From positions 588,987 through 652,986 of the forward strand of contig CBFDEM010000060.1 of the NCBI GenBank assembly GCA_965603825.1: a stretch of 64,000 nucleotides of DNA, written 5' to 3'. The notes beneath the pieces are model-generated. The model had not been told where the DNA came from. It saw only the letters and a list, made by a program, of their open reading frames with translations, and did no database searches. Below are positions 61,785-64,000 of the stretch, piece by piece. The translations under genes and the position numbers were made by a program. The DNA is from Blepharisma stoltei ATCC 30299. Taxonomy: Eukaryota; Protista; Ciliophora. Each line of letters starts with the position of its first letter. Positions within the stretch are counted from its first letter, which is position 1.

Positions 61785-64000
61785 TTAGGGTGTTAGGGTG
61801 TTAGGGTGTTAGGGTGTTAGGGTGTTAGGGTGTTAGGCTTTTAGTGTTAGGGTGTTAGGGTGTTAGGGTGTTAGGGTGTTAGGGTGTTAGGGTGTTAGGG
61901 TGTTAGGGTGTTAGGGTGTTAGGGTGTTAGGGTGTTAGGGTGTTAGGGTGTTAGGGTGTTAGGGTGTTAGGGTGTTAGGGTGTTAGGGTGTTAGGGTGTT
62001 AGGGTGTTAGGGTGTTAGGGTGTTAGGGTGTTAGGGTGTTAGGGTGTTAGGGTGTTAGGGTGTTAGGGTGTTAGGGTGTTAGGGTGTTAGGGTGTTAGGG
62101 TGTTAGGGTGTTAGGGTGTTAGGGTGTTAGGGTGTTAGGGTGTTAGGGTGTTAGGGTGTTAGGGTGTTAGGGTGTTAGGGTGTTAGGGTGTTAGGGTGTT
62201 AGGGTGTTAGGGTGTTAGGGTGTTAGGGTGTTAGGGTGTTAGGGTGTTAGGGTGTTAGGGTGTTAGGGTGTTAGGGTGTTAGGGTGTTAGGGTGTTAGGG
62301 TGTTAGGGTGTTAGGGTGTTAGGGTGTTAGGGTGTTAGGGTGTTAGGGTGTTAGGGTGTTAGGGTGTTAGGGTGTTAGGGTGTTAGGGTGTTAGGGTGTT
62401 AGGGTGTTAGGGTGTTAGGGTGTTAGGGTGTTAGGGTGTTAGGGTGTTAGGGTGTTAGGGTGTTAGGGTGTTAGGGTGTTAGGGTGTTAGGGTGTTAGGG
62501 TGTTAGGGTGTTAGGGTGTTAGGGTGTTAGGGTGTTAGGGTGTTAGGGTGTTAGGGTGTTAGGGTGTTAGGGTGTTAGGGTGTTAGGGTGTTAGGGTGTT
62601 AGGGTGTTAGGGTGTTAGGGTGTTAGGGTGTTAGGGTGTTAGGGTGTTAGGGTGTTAGGGTGTTAGGGTGTTAGGGTGTTAGGGTGTTAGGGTGTTAGGG
62701 TGTTAGGGTGTTAGGGTGTTAGGGTGTTAGGGTGTTAGGGTGTTAGGGTGTTAGGGTGTTAGGGTGTTAGGGTGTTAGGGTGTTAGGGTGTTAGGGTGTT
62801 AGGGTGTTAGGGTGTTAGGGTGTTAGGGTGTTAGGGTGTTAGGGTGTTAGGGTGTTAGGGTGTTAGGGTGTTAGGGTGTTAGGGTGTTAGGGTGTTAGGG
62901 TGTTAGGGTGTTAGGGTGTTAGGGTGTTAGGGTGTTAGGGTGTTAGGGTGTTAGGGTGTTAGGGTGTTAGGGTGTTAGGGTGTTAGGGTGTTAGGGTGTT
63001 AGGGTGTTAGGGTGTTAGGGTGTTAGGGTGTTAGGGTGTTAGGGTGTTAGGGTGTTAGGGTGTTAGGGTGTTAGGGTGTTAGGGTGTTAGGGTGTTAGGG
63101 TGTTAGGGTGTTAGGGTGTTAGGGTGTTAGGGTGTTAGGGTGTTAGGGTGTTAGGGTGTTAGGGTGTTAGGGTGTTAGGGTGTTAGGGTGTTAGGGTGTT
63201 AGGGTGTTAGGGTGTTAGGGTGTTAGGGTGTTAGGGTGTTAGGGTGTTAGGGTGTTAGGGTGTTAGGGTGTTAGGGTGTTAGGGTGTTAGGGTGTTAGGG
63301 TGTTAGGGTGTTAGGGTGTTAGGGTGTTAGGGTGTTAGGGTGTTAGGGTGTTAGGGTGTTAGGGTGTTAGGGTGTTAGGGTGTTAGGGTGTTAGGGTGTT
63401 AGGGTGTTAGGGTGTTAGGGTGTTAGGGTGTTAGGGTGTTAGGGTGTTAGGGTGTTAGGGTGTTAGGGTGTTAGGGTGTTAGGGTGTTAGGGTGTTAGGG
63501 TGTTAGGGTGTTAGGGTGTTAGGGTGTTAGGGTGTTAGGGTGTTAGGGTGTTAGGGTGTTAGGGTGTTAGGGTGTTAGGGTGTTAGGGTGTTAGGGTGTT
63601 AGGGTGTTAGGGTGTTAGGGTGTTAGGGTGTTAGGGTGTTAGGGTGTTAGGGTGTTAGGGTGTTAGGGTGTTAGGGTGTTAGGGTGTTAGGGTGTTAGGG
63701 TGTTAGGGTGTTAGGGTGTTAGGGTGTTAGGGTGTTAGGGTGTTAGGGTGTTAGGGTGTTAGGGTGTTAGGGTGTTAGGGTGTTAGGGTGTTAGGGAGTT
63801 AGGGTGTTAGGGTGTTAGGGTGTTAGGGTGTTAGGGTGTTAGGGTGTTAGGGTGTTAGGGTGTTAGGGTGTTAGGGTGTTAGGGTGTTAGGGTGTTAGGG
63901 TGTTAGGGTGTTAGGGTGTTAGGGTGTTAGGGTGTTAGGGTGTTAGGGTGTTAGGGTGTTAGGGTGTTAGGGTGTTAGGGTGTTAGGGTGTTAGGGTGTT
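61785..64000 (+). repeat. Telomere, (TGTTAGGG)n / (CCCTAACA)n, about 277 units
   Basis: Near-perfect 8-mer array to the window end, with the G-rich strand running 5'-3' outward. Variants near 61838-61844 and 63797. Confidence 0.98.

Noticed and set aside
1-64000. tRNA/rRNA genes and IESs
   Set aside because: None recognisable by eye. IESs cannot be called without a MIC/MAC comparison, and the long genes are uninterrupted.

Overview
AT-rich eukaryotic DNA ending in a (TGTTAGGG)n telomere (CCCTAACA on the other strand). In-frame TGA codons fall at conserved Trp positions, intact genes end in TAA or TAG, and there are 16-nt GT-AG introns. Together these point to the end of a macronuclear chromosome of a heterotrich ciliate, most likely Blepharisma (UGA=Trp). 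The supplied ORF track treats TGA as stop and so fragments most genes. Re-read with TGA=Trp, the window holds: (i) three paralogous Cys-rich surface-protein genes with 180-bp/60-aa tandem arrays. Gene A runs off the left edge, gene B is a 3219-aa REJ+GPS+5TM polycystin-1-like receptor, and gene C is a 954-aa chimeric form with no TM segment. (ii) Gene D, divergent from C, which shares C's C-terminal domain. (iii) A U-box/coiled-coil/Kelch gene. (iv) A tandem Venus-flytrap multi-TM receptor and a decayed paralog. (v) A 4050-aa SPRY/HECT protein whose catalytic Cys appears replaced by Thr. (vi) An orphan gene ending about 40 nt from the telomere. (vii) Relics of a non-LTR reverse transcriptase and of importin-alpha, plus many segmental duplications. 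The most interesting system is the mosaic A/B/C/D surface-receptor cluster, which shows signs of module exchange. All homology calls come from motif recognition by eye; no searches were run.
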